DNA of 64,000 nucleotides from Planctomycetota bacterium. GTDB lineage: Bacteria; Planctomycetota; UBA8108; UBA1146. Below the pieces are notes generated by a model. The model was not told where the DNA came from, did not search any database, and worked only from the letters and a program-made list of their open reading frames with translations. The DNA lies in contig CBFIET010000122.1 in NCBI GenBank assembly GCA_965661685.1, positions 93,106 to 157,105 of the forward strand, in the 5' to 3' direction. Below are positions 28,339 through 38,343 of this stretch, in pieces. Each line of letters begins with the position of its first letter. Position 1 is the stretch's first letter. The translations under genes and the position numbers were made by a program.

Positions 28339-29144
28339 ACCCGCAGCGACGGGTAGACCTGCATCTCCATACCAGATGCAGTGATGGGGGACTGTCTCCG
28401 GAGCAACTGGTCGCCAGCGCCGATGGAGTCCTGTCGTGTATCTCCATCTGCGACCACGACACCCTTGCCGCCTATCAGCAGTTACAGATCCCGCCAACAC
28501 TTCAGCTTCTTCCCGGTGTCGAGATGAGTTGCCAGCTCGAACAACACGACGTCCATCTCCTTGCTTACTTTCCTGACGGCCTCAATACGTCGATACACCA
28601 GTGGGTGCAGACACTGGAGGACGATCGCCGCCAGCGGGTGATGGGCGGAGTCGAACGACTGCGAGAATCTGGAATTCCATTACGCATCAAGTGTCTCGAA
28701 GAGGAACTCGCTGGAGCGGTCCCGTGTCGATCTCACGTGGCTCGCGCCCTGGTTCGCCAGGGGCTGGCGCCAAGCACGCGCCCTCTGTACAAGCGCTGGC
28801 TATCGGGAGACCGCTTCGATCGCCCCTGCCTCGATTACCGGCAGGCACTGGAAGTGGTTCACTCCTTCGGCGGGCTGGTCTTCTGGGCGCACCCGGCGCC
28901 GGTCCACATCAAGCAGGTGGGGCGGGCGATCGTCGCAGCGGGACTCGATGGTGTCGAAACGCTTTCGCGTAACGCATCGCCTGCGGCACGAAAATCAGTT
29001 CGGGAGTTCCAGCAAGAACACCAGCTCGGCTGTAGTGGTGGATCCGATCTTCACTTCGAGACTCCCAAGCGAAGGGTCGGCAGTTATGGCGTTGATGAGG
29101 ATCGAATCGACCCTCGCCTGCTACGGTTAGCGTGTCGATCCTGA
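28335..29144 (+). CDS. PHP-domain metal-dependent phosphoesterase
   Basis: VDLHLHTRCSDGGLSPEQLV...ISICDHDT...WAHPAP, His/Asp metal-binding pattern of the PHP family. ATGA overlap with gltX. Confidence 0.7.
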   Translation: MNPQRRVDLHLHTRCSDGGLSPEQLVASADGVLSCISICDHDTLAAYQQLQIPPTLQLLPGVEMSCQLEQHDVHLLAYFPDGLNTSIHQWVQTLEDDRRQRVMGGVERLRESGIPLRIKCLEEELAGAVPCRSHVARALVRQGLAPSTRPLYKRWLSGDRFDRPCLDYRQALEVVHSFGGLVFWAHPAPVHIKQVGRAIVAAGLDGVETLSRNASPAARKSVREFQQEHQLGCSGGSDLHFETPKRRVGSYGVDEDRIDPRLLRLACRS

Positions 29145-29165
29145 CAACAAATGAGCAGTGCCCGA

Positions 29166-30524
29166 TCAACCGCCAAGCGACAGCAAGAACTCTTGATTGT
29201 CCTCAAAGGATCCCACTCGCTGACTGAGCAGTTCCATCCCCTCGATGGGATTGACGCTGGTCAGGACCCTGCGCAATTTCCAGATCTGGTCGATCTCATC
29301 CGGAGAGTAGAGTTTCTCTTCCTTGCGTGTCCCCGAAAGTGTCACATCGATGGCAGGGAACACACGCTGGTCTGCTAGTTTTCTCGACAGCACCAGTTCC
29401 ATGTTTCCGGTTCCCTTGAACTCCTCGAAGATCACCTCGTCCATGCGACTGCCGGTCTCGATCAAGGCGGTCGCGATGATGGTGAGACTGCCGCCTCCCT
29501 CAACATTCCGCGCCGATCCGAAGATCGCCTTCGGCTTTTCCAGGGTCTTGGCATCGACGCCACCGGAGAGGGTCCGGCCACTGTGCGCGGTCTCCAGGTT
29601 GTAGGCGCGCCCCAATCGGGTCAGCGAGTCGAGTAGCAGCACCACGTCACACTTCGCCTCGAGCAGTCGATGGCAACGCTGCAATGCCATCTCGGAGACA
29701 CGGACGTGACTCTTGGAGGTCTCATCACTGGAGGAGGCGTACACCTCCGCCTTCACCGAGCGCTTCCAGTCAGTAACCTCTTCCGGACGCTCATCGACGA
29801 GCAGTGCCAGCACCATCGAATCGGGGTGAACCTCGGTGATCGCATGGGCCATCTGCTGCAGAAGAACCGTTTTTCCGGTACGAGGCGGGGCCACGATCAA
29901 CGCTCTCTGTCCCTTACCGACGGGAGAGATGAGGTCGACCAGTCGCATCGATATATTGCCGGTTCCTCCGAGCATGAATCGCTCGGTGGGATCGATGCTG
30001 GTCATCTCCTTGTAGAAGGTACGACGCTTCACCTCGTCCGGCGCATCTCCGTCGACCGATTCGATTCTCGCCAGGCTCGGCCCCCGGCCCTTGGGAGCAC
30101 GGCCGCCGACCTTGCCGACGATGTAATGCCCCGTCTGTAACCGGTATTTCTGGATCAGGTTCTTGCCGACGTGAATGTCGTCTTGCTGGATCCGGAACGA
30201 CTTGTCCGTCGCACGGATGAAACCGAAGCCCTGATTGCCCACCTCGAGGATCCCGCGAATCGTCGCTCCCTCAGCCAGCTGAGGACCACTTGCGGATGGA
30301 CCACCACGAGGGTCCAGGTGGTTCATCGAGCGGGAATCGTCGCGACGCCCGCGGCGCTGGCCGCCAGGCTTACGATTCGACCCGCGTCCTGATCCACTTC
30401 TGGATCGGCCGCTTCGACTACTTCTTCGGCGTCGGCTCGAGCCTCCACCGCTGGAAGAGTTTTCCTGATTCACGTGCACTCCTTGTGATGTGCCTCGACC
30501 AGATCCGGGTGGGGGAGATCCCAT
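29166..30524 (-). CDS. rho: transcription termination factor Rho with RG/S-rich low-complexity N-terminal extension
   Basis: CSD-like RNA-binding region [14 protein letters not shown], Walker A/B motifs, and a C-terminal region ending ...[20 protein letters not shown]. Confidence 0.9.
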   Translation of the reverse strand: MGSPPPGSGRGTSQGVHVNQENSSSGGGSSRRRRSSRSGRSRSGSGRGSNRKPGGQRRGRRDDSRSMNHLDPRGGPSASGPQLAEGATIRGILEVGNQGFGFIRATDKSFRIQQDDIHVGKNLIQKYRLQTGHYIVGKVGGRAPKGRGPSLARIESVDGDAPDEVKRRTFYKEMTSIDPTERFMLGGTGNISMRLVDLISPVGKGQRALIVAPPRTGKTVLLQQMAHAITEVHPDSMVLALLVDERPEEVTDWKRSVKAEVYASSSDETSKSHVRVSEMALQRCHRLLEAKCDVVLLLDSLTRLGRAYNLETAHSGRTLSGGVDAKTLEKPKAIFGSARNVEGGGSLTIIATALIETGSRMDEVIFEEFKGTGNMELVLSRKLADQRVFPAIDVTLSGTRKEEKLYSPDEIDQIWKLRRVLTSVNPIEGMELLSQRVGSFEDNQEFLLSLGG

Positions 30525-30864
30525 CCACGGCGGTCGTGGTTTTGATACTCAGATCCTCAACAACGGATCGCATCCGTCGTGGCGTGATGCCCTCGAGCAA
30601 ATCGAATCCGTTTCTCGGTACTCCCTGCACTCCTGCTGGAGAATCGAAGCACCCGCAAAAACGGACACCTATTGACCTGACCTCATGGAAGATCAACGGG
30701 TAGAAATCGAGGGAAAGAGTCCGGAGTAGAACCAGTAACCTGGAATCAAGAGGAGAAAGCAGCCAAGAAGACCGGATTGTGGAATTCTGTGGGAGATCTC
30801 AACGAGACGAGGACTTGTGCCCTCCGAACGATTCAGATGATACCCTCCCTGCACTTCGGTTCCA

Positions 30865-32295
30865 GTGCTTGTCGACCACCTTTTGGAGGCGAACTTGACG
30901 ACATTACCTCGAGGCTGGCTACTGGTGATCGACGGTGCCGGTAGTTGGCGCTCAATCGAGGCAATACTGACCGATCACGCCAATCTGGCCGGAATCGAAT
31001 TGCGACTGGACCTGTTTGACGAAGGAGTTGGGCTACCCGATCTTCCTGACAATTTATCGGTCCTCGTGACCGATCGTGGAAATCTCGCCGATCCGGCACG
31101 AATCAGCCGACGCGATCAGATCTGTCGCCAGCTGAAGGGAATCCTCGACATCGATCGGACCACCGATGCCCCTGCACCCAGCGACCTCGACTGGATCTAC
31201 AGTAGCCACCGCGACGCCAGTACCGTCGATTCACCGCAGCAGCAGATCGAACAAGCGCGCCAGCTCGGTGCCGTCGCAGCCAAGATCGTATTCCCGGAAG
31301 GGGACTTGCCGGCGCGGCGCAGAGCACAGGCTGTCGCCGACCACGGGGGTGACTTCCCGGTGGTCAGTTTCTGCGCAGGAGACCAGTCCCGGATAGACCG
31401 GCTGCTGGTCGTCGATCGCCAGCAATTGTGGGGTTACGCCACCGCCACCGATCTTCTGCGTTCAACGGGAGTCCCCGAGATCAGCCGTATCCGTGCCGAT
31501 GACCGTTTCCAGCCAGCCTCCAGCCAACGACCACTTCTCGCCATCATCGGATCCGATGTCGGAGACAGCCTGTCACCGGGCTGGCACAATCGCTGTCTCC
31601 AGCAACAGGGCCACGAAACACGCCTCGTCTCCTTCAGTTGCAACGATCCGCAACCATTCCTGCAACTCGATGATTCGATCCAGTTCGACGGGATGGCTGT
31701 GACCGCCCCGCACAAGACGTGGGCCCGCAGCGTCGCACAGCCCCTCGACGACCTGGCCCGCAGCCAGCCCTCCTGGAATACCCTGATCCGCACCGAAACG
31801 GACAACTGGGTCGGAGCCAGTACCGATGCCATCGCCCTGAAACAGTTGCTACCGCCAGCCCAGGGATCCCACATCGGCGCCCTCATCGTCGGCGCAGGAG
31901 GTGCCGGCCAGGTCGCCCGCCAGGTTCTCGTGGAGCTGGGCTACGAGGTACAGATGTGGGGTCGCCAGCAGCAGGAATCCACCGATATCGAGGTGATCGA
32001 GTCGGCCCATCTGCTGATCAATGCGACCGGCGCTGCTCGTCACTCCCTGGCGGAAGTACCGTGGCCCCTCCAACGATTCCAGGGTGGGGTGCTGATGGAG
32101 ATGGGATACAAACCGCCGACCACTGCGTTTCTGTCGCAGCTGTCGACGGAGTCGATGCACGTCATCGATGGGATCCAGTTCTTCACCGAACAGGCACGCC
32201 ACCAGGCGCGGCTGTTGTACGGAGTCGAGGTGGATCAGGATGCGGCTTACCAGCTGACGCTGGAGACGAGTCAGCAACCTCATTTCAACGGCTGA
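30865..32295 (+). CDS. aroDE: bifunctional type-I 3-dehydroquinate dehydratase / shikimate dehydrogenase (AroD-AroE fusion)
   Basis: N-terminal half contains the GIELRLDLF motif (type-I DHQase ELRVD signature). C-terminal half contains GSDVGDSLSPGWHN (AroE substrate-binding motif) and Rossmann GAGGAGQ. Confidence 0.7.
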   Translation: MLVDHLLEANLTTLPRGWLLVIDGAGSWRSIEAILTDHANLAGIELRLDLFDEGVGLPDLPDNLSVLVTDRGNLADPARISRRDQICRQLKGILDIDRTTDAPAPSDLDWIYSSHRDASTVDSPQQQIEQARQLGAVAAKIVFPEGDLPARRRAQAVADHGGDFPVVSFCAGDQSRIDRLLVVDRQQLWGYATATDLLRSTGVPEISRIRADDRFQPASSQRPLLAIIGSDVGDSLSPGWHNRCLQQQGHETRLVSFSCNDPQPFLQLDDSIQFDGMAVTAPHKTWARSVAQPLDDLARSQPSWNTLIRTETDNWVGASTDAIALKQLLPPAQGSHIGALIVGAGGAGQVARQVLVELGYEVQMWGRQQQESTDIEVIESAHLLINATGAARHSLAEVPWPLQRFQGGVLMEMGYKPPTTAFLSQLSTESMHVIDGIQFFTEQARHQARLLYGVEVDQDAAYQLTLETSQQPHFNG

Positions 32296-32522
32296 TCACA
32301 CATCGTGACGGTTCAGGAGACAGGGGCACACCCACGCTTGAGTCCGATAAGGTACATTATGAGAGATGGGGGGTTTGCTGAAATCGTCACCTGGTAGCGG
32401 CTTGAGCAGATCACAGAAGTCCCGGGAACGACTGCCAGGAGCAAACTCCCTCAACGATGTAGCGCTTGACGCCAACTGGCTGGCACATCGTTCTGATTCG
32501 TTCCGTCGTTAGCGCAAGTTTC

Positions 32523-34301
32523 CTAGCCTCGGCTGCCAGCGCCTGTCGCTTCTGCACGGCCCCCGAAGGATCCACGGCGATTGCCACGATCCGATCCTGG
32601 CCGTCTCGAATGATCGGGCTTTGAGTTGCCCCGACTGCGTCGAATATTGAGATTCGGATCGCGTCCATCGGGACGCCGTGCCGCCTTCTCGAAACCTTCA
32701 GAGGCTGCCTTCGAGATCTCGAAGGTACTGAAAACGGGTCCCAGGCGAATCGCACCCACCTCGGAACTGCTGACATTCCCTCTTCGGCACAGATGCGACA
32801 GGATTCGACTGGCGTTCGCTCCCTTGGAGGTTCCCCAGTTGATTTCAAAACGGTGGTAGGAACCGAACGCTGCTTTCTTTCGAGGTTTCGAATTGCGTGG
32901 ATTGTGCGATCCTCGGGATTCTCGCGAATACCCTGATCCCTCCGGGACTTCCGCGATGGAATAACCCTGGAGTGCCGGTTTGGGCTCGGCCATCTGCAAC
33001 AGCGCCGCAACGATCTCCTGTGGATCTCGCTTCTCGGGTTGTTCCAGCAAGAACTTCGCGTAGGAGGATTGTTTCTTGGAAACCAGCGAGGGGTCGGAAA
33101 GGATGGCGTGCAGATCACGACGGAAGGTCTTGGTATAACGCTTCTCGATCTGGGCAGGGCTCGGAACCGGCTGCCACTGCGCCTCGACACCTGCCGCTGA
33201 AAAGATGCGTCGTACGCGGCCCTGGGAATTCACCGGCACCATCAGTACGCTTCGCCCCTTGCGACCCGCTCGTCCGGTACGCCCACTCCGGTGCGTGTAA
33301 TTTTCAACATCAGCCGGTACGTCTGCGTGAATCACCGTGTCGATTTCAGGGACATCGATCCCTCGAGCTGCGACATCCGTGGCGATCAGGATATCCTGAT
33401 CGCCATTCTTGAAGGCATTCAGGGTGCGTGTTCGCTGCGCCTGATTGAGTTCGCCACTGAACGGCGCAGCAGCGATTCCATTGGCGGACAGTATTTCGGC
33501 GAGCTCGGTGGCATCCACACGACGGCGGACAAACACCAGCACACGCTCGCCGCGTGCATGCAGCAGGACATTGATGATCGCCGAATTCATGTCACGGCGA
33601 CGAATGCGATGAGCGACATGCTGAATATCAGCATTGGCCACGCCGAGGCGCGTTCCCTCGACATGGAGAGGATTCTCCTGAAAGCGATCGGCCAGTCGCT
33701 TGACCAGCGCCGGAAAGGTCGCAGAAACAAGATGGCTACAACGATCAGCGGGTAAGAACTCGAGGATCGCCTCCAGCTCATCCCGGAAGCCCATGTCGAG
33801 CATCTGGTCTGCTTCATCCAAAACGACCTGACGAAAAGATGAGCAGTTGAGTCTGCGTGATTTCATGTGATCCAGCAATCGACCGGGTGTTCCCACCAGG
33901 ACTGCCGGTGACTTGCTGAGAGCGCGGCTCTCACGGCCGATATCCGATCCGCCCGTAACCACTTCAACAGCAACGCCCTTGATCCTGGCGAAGAGCCAGC
34001 GTAGTTCACCCGCAACCTGTACAGCCAGTTCACGAGTCGGTGTGATCAACAGGACGCGAGGTCCTTCGGCTCCGCGCAGGACCGTTGAATCATCGTCAGC
34101 AGGGATCAGATCACTGGCCAGGCGAAGCCCGAGGGCCAGCGTTTTACCCGATCCGGTCTGTGAGGAGATACGGAGGTTTCGTCCCGCTCCCTCTGAGGAG
34201 AGGACCGCCTCCTGTACCGAGGTCAGTTTTTCGAAACCACGTGCGACGATGGCCTCACGCAGCGGAGCCGGTACACCGGCAAAAGGGTCTGTGGTTGACA
34301 T
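32523..34301 (-). CDS. deaD: DEAD-box ATP-dependent RNA helicase (DeaD/CsdA-like) with DbpA-type C-terminal domain and RG-rich tail
   Basis: Q-motif, GSGKT, DEADQMLDMGF, SAT and HRSGRTGRAGRKG motifs all present. C-terminal RG-rich tail. Confidence 0.9.
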   Translation of the reverse strand: MSTTDPFAGVPAPLREAIVARGFEKLTSVQEAVLSSEGAGRNLRISSQTGSGKTLALGLRLASDLIPADDDSTVLRGAEGPRVLLITPTRELAVQVAGELRWLFARIKGVAVEVVTGGSDIGRESRALSKSPAVLVGTPGRLLDHMKSRRLNCSSFRQVVLDEADQMLDMGFRDELEAILEFLPADRCSHLVSATFPALVKRLADRFQENPLHVEGTRLGVANADIQHVAHRIRRRDMNSAIINVLLHARGERVLVFVRRRVDATELAEILSANGIAAAPFSGELNQAQRTRTLNAFKNGDQDILIATDVAARGIDVPEIDTVIHADVPADVENYTHRSGRTGRAGRKGRSVLMVPVNSQGRVRRIFSAAGVEAQWQPVPSPAQIEKRYTKTFRRDLHAILSDPSLVSKKQSSYAKFLLEQPEKRDPQEIVAALLQMAEPKPALQGYSIAEVPEGSGYSRESRGSHNPRNSKPRKKAAFGSYHRFEINWGTSKGANASRILSHLCRRGNVSSSEVGAIRLGPVFSTFEISKAASEGFEKAARRPDGRDPNLNIRRSRGNSKPDHSRRPGSDRGNRRGSFGGRAEATGAGSRG

Positions 34302-34512
34302 TTTTGTCTCTCAAAATCCGGGGATTCGTAGGTCTTGCCACCGGACTCCAAGTGAGCAACGAGGCAGGCTGAGGCCGTTGTCGGCACCCAGTTTCAGTAA
34401 TCATAATAGACTTTAGCGTTTTCGAACTGAATTGTCCCAATTGAGCACAAAAAGGCCGAAATTGTGCATCTCGGTCGCTTTCGTGGTCCTGCTTGATCGC
34501 CTCCGATTGGCC
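34302..34512 (-). promoter_or_regulatory. long AT-rich 5' leader/promoter region of deaD
   Basis: ~210 nt non-coding, locally AT-rich in a GC-rich genome, upstream of the deaD start on the minus strand. Confidence 0.3.
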
Positions 34513-35592
34513 TCAGTCGGCAGTCGGCGGCGACGGCTCCGCATCTCCCCTGCGTTGCTGGAGCAATTCGTCGAACGATTCGCCATGAGGACAGGCGACT
34601 CGGTGCCTTTCTCCCACCTGCACCATGTGCGGTAGAGAGTCGGCGCAGCTTTCCTGAGCGATGGGACAGCGGGTGCGAAATCCACAACCGGACGGCTTCG
34701 CCATCGGCGAAGGCACATCGCCCTCCAGCATCAGGCGACCGGCACGGGAACGATCAGGATCAGGTCTTGGAACCGCACTGAGTAGCGCCCTCGTGTAGGG
34801 ATGTTTCGGATCGCGGAAGATCTCCCGGGTTCTTCCCAGTTCCACCAGGTTTCCGAGGTACATCACGGCAACCCGATCGGAGACGTGCTCGACCACCGAA
34901 ATATCATGGGCGATGAAGATCACCGTGAGGCCAAGATCTCGCTGTAGTTCCCGCATCAGATTGATCACCTGGGCCTGGATCGAAACATCCAGAGCACTGA
35001 CCGGTTCATCGGCGATGATGACGCGCGGATTGGTGGCGAGGGCCCTGGCGATACCGATGCGCTGGCGCTGACCACCGGAGAACTCGTGGGGATACCTCTC
35101 CGCCTGTTCCCGGCGCAATCCGACCCGCTCCATCAACTCCTCGACACGGAGGCGACGCTGCTCCCGGGTCATCGATGGATGATGCACACGCAACGGTTCG
35201 TCGACGATCTCCTCGACGGAAAGACGCGGATTGAGGGACGAATACGGATCCTGATAGACCATCTGGATCTCGCTTCGGTAAGGCCGGTATTGCCTGCGGG
35301 ACAGGGATGTCAGATCGACTGCGGGCCCCTGTTCCGGCTGGAACTGGATCGATCCGGATGTCACCGGAACCAGCCCCATCACCGCCTTCCCCAGGGTGCT
35401 TTTTCCACAACCCGATTCCCCGACCACTCCGAGAGTTTCGCCCTGCTCGACACGCAGGGAGATTCCATCGACCGCCTTCACGTCGGCGATATGCCGCGAC
35501 AGGATGCCCCCGTGAACCGGGAACCACACCTTCAGGTCGACCAGTTCAACCACTGGCGATCCCGCTCTGGAGGGATTGGCTTCCGTGCTCAA
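34513..35592 (-). CDS. oligopeptide/dipeptide ABC transporter ATP-binding protein (OppF/DppF-like); start TTG 35592 overlapping the upstream stop (TTGA) behind a GGAGG SD
   Basis: Walker [13 protein letters not shown] signature LSGGQRQR, Walker B IIADEP, and an Opp-type C-terminal extension. Confidence 0.85.
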   Translation of the reverse strand: MSTEANPSRAGSPVVELVDLKVWFPVHGGILSRHIADVKAVDGISLRVEQGETLGVVGESGCGKSTLGKAVMGLVPVTSGSIQFQPEQGPAVDLTSLSRRQYRPYRSEIQMVYQDPYSSLNPRLSVEEIVDEPLRVHHPSMTREQRRLRVEELMERVGLRREQAERYPHEFSGGQRQRIGIARALATNPRVIIADEPVSALDVSIQAQVINLMRELQRDLGLTVIFIAHDISVVEHVSDRVAVMYLGNLVELGRTREIFRDPKHPYTRALLSAVPRPDPDRSRAGRLMLEGDVPSPMAKPSGCGFRTRCPIAQESCADSLPHMVQVGERHRVACPHGESFDELLQQRRGDAEPSPPTAD

Positions 35593-36623
35593 CGTTCCCC
35601 TCCCTTCTCCTCGACCAGGTGACAGCGGACCTGATGTCCCCCACCCACATCCTTCAGCGTCGGTTGCTCGCTGCGGCATCGATCCTCGACCAGCGGACAG
35701 CGTGTACAGAATCGACATCCCTTCGGCCAGTCGAAGATATTTGGAACCATGCCGGGAATCGTCTCCAGCTCTTCCTGATCCCCGTCCAGCTCGGGACGCG
35801 GCAAGCTCTTCAACAATCCCTGCGTGTAGGGGTGTTGCGGGTTCTTGAACAGTTCGCTGACCCCGGCGACCTCCTGGATCTTGCCACCGTACATGACGAC
35901 GACCCGATCACACGTTTCCGCCACCACCGCCAGGTCGTGGGTGATGAGGAGGATCGAAGCACCCTGTTGTTGCGCTTTCATCTCCAGCATCAGATCGAGG
36001 ATCTGTGCCTGGATCGTCACGTCCAGCGCCGTGGTCGGTTCGTCTGCGATGAGCAGCGCCGGTTCCATCGACAGCGCCATGGCGATCATGACGCGCTGCC
36101 TCATGCCGCCAGAAAACTGATGCGGGTACGCGTTCAGTCTCGCCTCTGCATCGGAGATGCCGACCTTTTCCAGCATCTCCACCGCACGTCGGGTCGCCTC
36201 TTCCTTGGACACTCCGGCGTGCCGGATGATGCCCTCACGCATCTGGAAACCGATGGTGAAAACGGGATTGAGAGCAGTCATCGGCTCCTGGAAGATCATG
36301 GCGATCTCCTTGCCGCGAATCTCTCGCATCTCGTCGTAGGAGAGAGCCAGCAGGTCCTTGCCACGGAAGGTGGCGGTGCCGTTGTCGATGCGGCCCGGCG
36401 GATCGGGAACCAGTTTCATCAGGCTCAAGGATGTCACAGATTTACCGCATCCCGATTCACCCACCAGTCCCAGCACTTCGCCGGCGAGGACATCGAAACT
36501 GACGCCGTCAACGGCGACCGCCTTCTGTCCCTCCACCTCGAAGGAGGTCTGCAGATCTCTCACCTCGAGGAGCACCTCGGGACCTTCACCGGATTGTGGT
36601 TCTTGTTGCTGCATCGAACTCAT
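35589..36623 (-). CDS. oligopeptide/dipeptide ABC transporter ATP-binding protein (OppD/DppD-like); start at internal ATG overlapping the permease stop (ATGA)
   Basis: [32 protein letters not shown], and a C-terminal oligopeptide-ABC extension with a Cys cluster. Confidence 0.85.
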   Translation of the reverse strand: MSSMQQQEPQSGEGPEVLLEVRDLQTSFEVEGQKAVAVDGVSFDVLAGEVLGLVGESGCGKSVTSLSLMKLVPDPPGRIDNGTATFRGKDLLALSYDEMREIRGKEIAMIFQEPMTALNPVFTIGFQMREGIIRHAGVSKEEATRRAVEMLEKVGISDAEARLNAYPHQFSGGMRQRVMIAMALSMEPALLIADEPTTALDVTIQAQILDLMLEMKAQQQGASILLITHDLAVVAETCDRVVVMYGGKIQEVAGVSELFKNPQHPYTQGLLKSLPRPELDGDQEELETIPGMVPNIFDWPKGCRFCTRCPLVEDRCRSEQPTLKDVGGGHQVRCHLVEEKGGER

Positions 36624-38335
36624 CTCAACCTCGAGAAGACCTTGGGGTCGAAGGCTTCGCGAACCGCCTCCCCGATCAACACCACCAGGAACAGGGTCAC
36701 CGCCAGCGCGATCACCGGGAACAGAACCAGATGGGGATAGATGAGGATGAACTGGAATCCCTGATTGAGCAGTCTGCCCCACGATGGATCGGTCGGCGGC
36801 AATCCGAAGCCAAGGAAATCGAGGGACACAAGGGCACTGATGTAGCTGACGAAGGAGAAGGGAGCTCGAGAGATCACGGGAATCATCGAGTTGGGCAGGA
36901 TGTGCCTGATCATCACCTTGAAATCACTGACACCGGTGCCGATCGCTGCCTGCACGTAATCGCGAGCCTTCTCCCGGTAAAACTCGCCTCGAATCTGGTA
37001 GGTGATCGCCATCCAGGAGCGCAGTACAACCAGGAAGATGACCAGCATCCAGAAGCTAGGATCGACGATGCTGGCGATGATCATGATCAGAAACAGGAAC
37101 GGTACCGATCCCCAGATCTCGATAAACCTTTGCAACAGGATGTCGGTCCATCCGCCGTAGTACCCCATCGCTGCACCGGCGAGGATGCCGAGGATGTAGC
37201 CGACTACCAGTACCATGATGGCAAAGCCGACGCTGACTCGGAAACCGTACAGGAGCAAGGGAAGCACATCGATGCCGGAATCACTGGTACCCAGCGGAGC
37301 TTCCCACGGATCGAGGAAACGGGTCACCAGCAGAGCCCCCCCAGGAAAGAGGCGGCCTTCCCTTCGGGCCAGTTCCTCAGCGGTGGCACTCTTCTCTTCC
37401 GATGCCACCGAGTTGATCAACACGATGCCCAGAACATCGGAGATCTTCTCTTCTCCGCCGCCCTCGACGACGTAGTACTTCTGTCCCTTGACGAGGGGGT
37501 AGCCAGTCACCTCTTCGATGACATAGTTGGCTCGACCCGATCCATCTTGCTCACTCCGCTTGACCAGGTTCGCTTCCGAATACGACGGACTGAGACCGGG
37601 GATCGGCAGCGATGGTCCGTGCGGAGCGGTCCCTGGCAGGTCGAGTCGATTCTTGCGAGGACCATGGCGGTATAGGGGCCACACGACACTGGCTCGACCA
37701 TCGAGGAAGACCTGCTGGATGCTGCCCAGATTGTCGATCTGTGACTGCAACCGAATTCGGTCCTGTCTGGCCGCAGCGAGATCCTCGACGAGCCACTCGT
37801 CTGGCTCCTCGCCATCCTCCTGCAGTTGCTCGATCTCCTGGAGAGTTTCTGCGATCTCCTGATCGAGCCCATCCAGGTCAGTTCTCCTCGACTCGACGAG
37901 AGGTCCGAACGCCTCCAGCGGCTGATCGACGATCTTTCCGAACTCCTTGTAGTCGAGAGGTCCATCACCGGGGATGCCAAAATCTCCCGATCGATCGAAG
38001 GTGGAGAAGGGCCCGTCCTGAAAGAACCACCAGGTATTGGCAAGATCTCGCACCGCCGGGAACGAAGTCTTCTCATCGTAACTGATCATGATGGGCTTAT
38101 CGTTGACCAGGACTTCCAGGAACAGCGATGTGGTGAAGAGGCTCGTGATGATGACGAACGAGACATAGCCGCGTCGGATCGAACGGAAACGTCGCAGCCT
38201 CTTGGCGGCCAGCGGACTGGTACGGAGGCGGATACCAACCAGTCGAAGCAGCGCCCGAAAAAGCCACGGAATCCCCTTCTGGGTCGCCAGTACCCCGCAG
38301 ATCAACACGAGTAGTGTGAGGATGAAAGTCATCAT
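36620..38335 (-). CDS. ABC transporter permease (OppC/YejE-like) with ~280-aa periplasmic N-terminal extension
   Basis: BPD_transp_1 core ...LGILAGAAMGYYGGWTDILLQRFIEIWGSVPFLFL... N-terminal TM followed by a large extracytoplasmic domain. Confidence 0.8.
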   Translation of the reverse strand: MMTFILTLLVLICGVLATQKGIPWLFRALLRLVGIRLRTSPLAAKRLRRFRSIRRGYVSFVIITSLFTTSLFLEVLVNDKPIMISYDEKTSFPAVRDLANTWWFFQDGPFSTFDRSGDFGIPGDGPLDYKEFGKIVDQPLEAFGPLVESRRTDLDGLDQEIAETLQEIEQLQEDGEEPDEWLVEDLAAARQDRIRLQSQIDNLGSIQQVFLDGRASVVWPLYRHGPRKNRLDLPGTAPHGPSLPIPGLSPSYSEANLVKRSEQDGSGRANYVIEEVTGYPLVKGQKYYVVEGGGEEKISDVLGIVLINSVASEEKSATAEELARREGRLFPGGALLVTRFLDPWEAPLGTSDSGIDVLPLLLYGFRVSVGFAIMVLVVGYILGILAGAAMGYYGGWTDILLQRFIEIWGSVPFLFLIMIIASIVDPSFWMLVIFLVVLRSWMAITYQIRGEFYREKARDYVQAAIGTGVSDFKVMIRHILPNSMIPVISRAPFSFVSYISALVSLDFLGFGLPPTDPSWGRLLNQGFQFILIYPHLVLFPVIALAVTLFLVVLIGEAVREAFDPKVFSRLR

Positions 38336-38343
38336 GGCATCCC

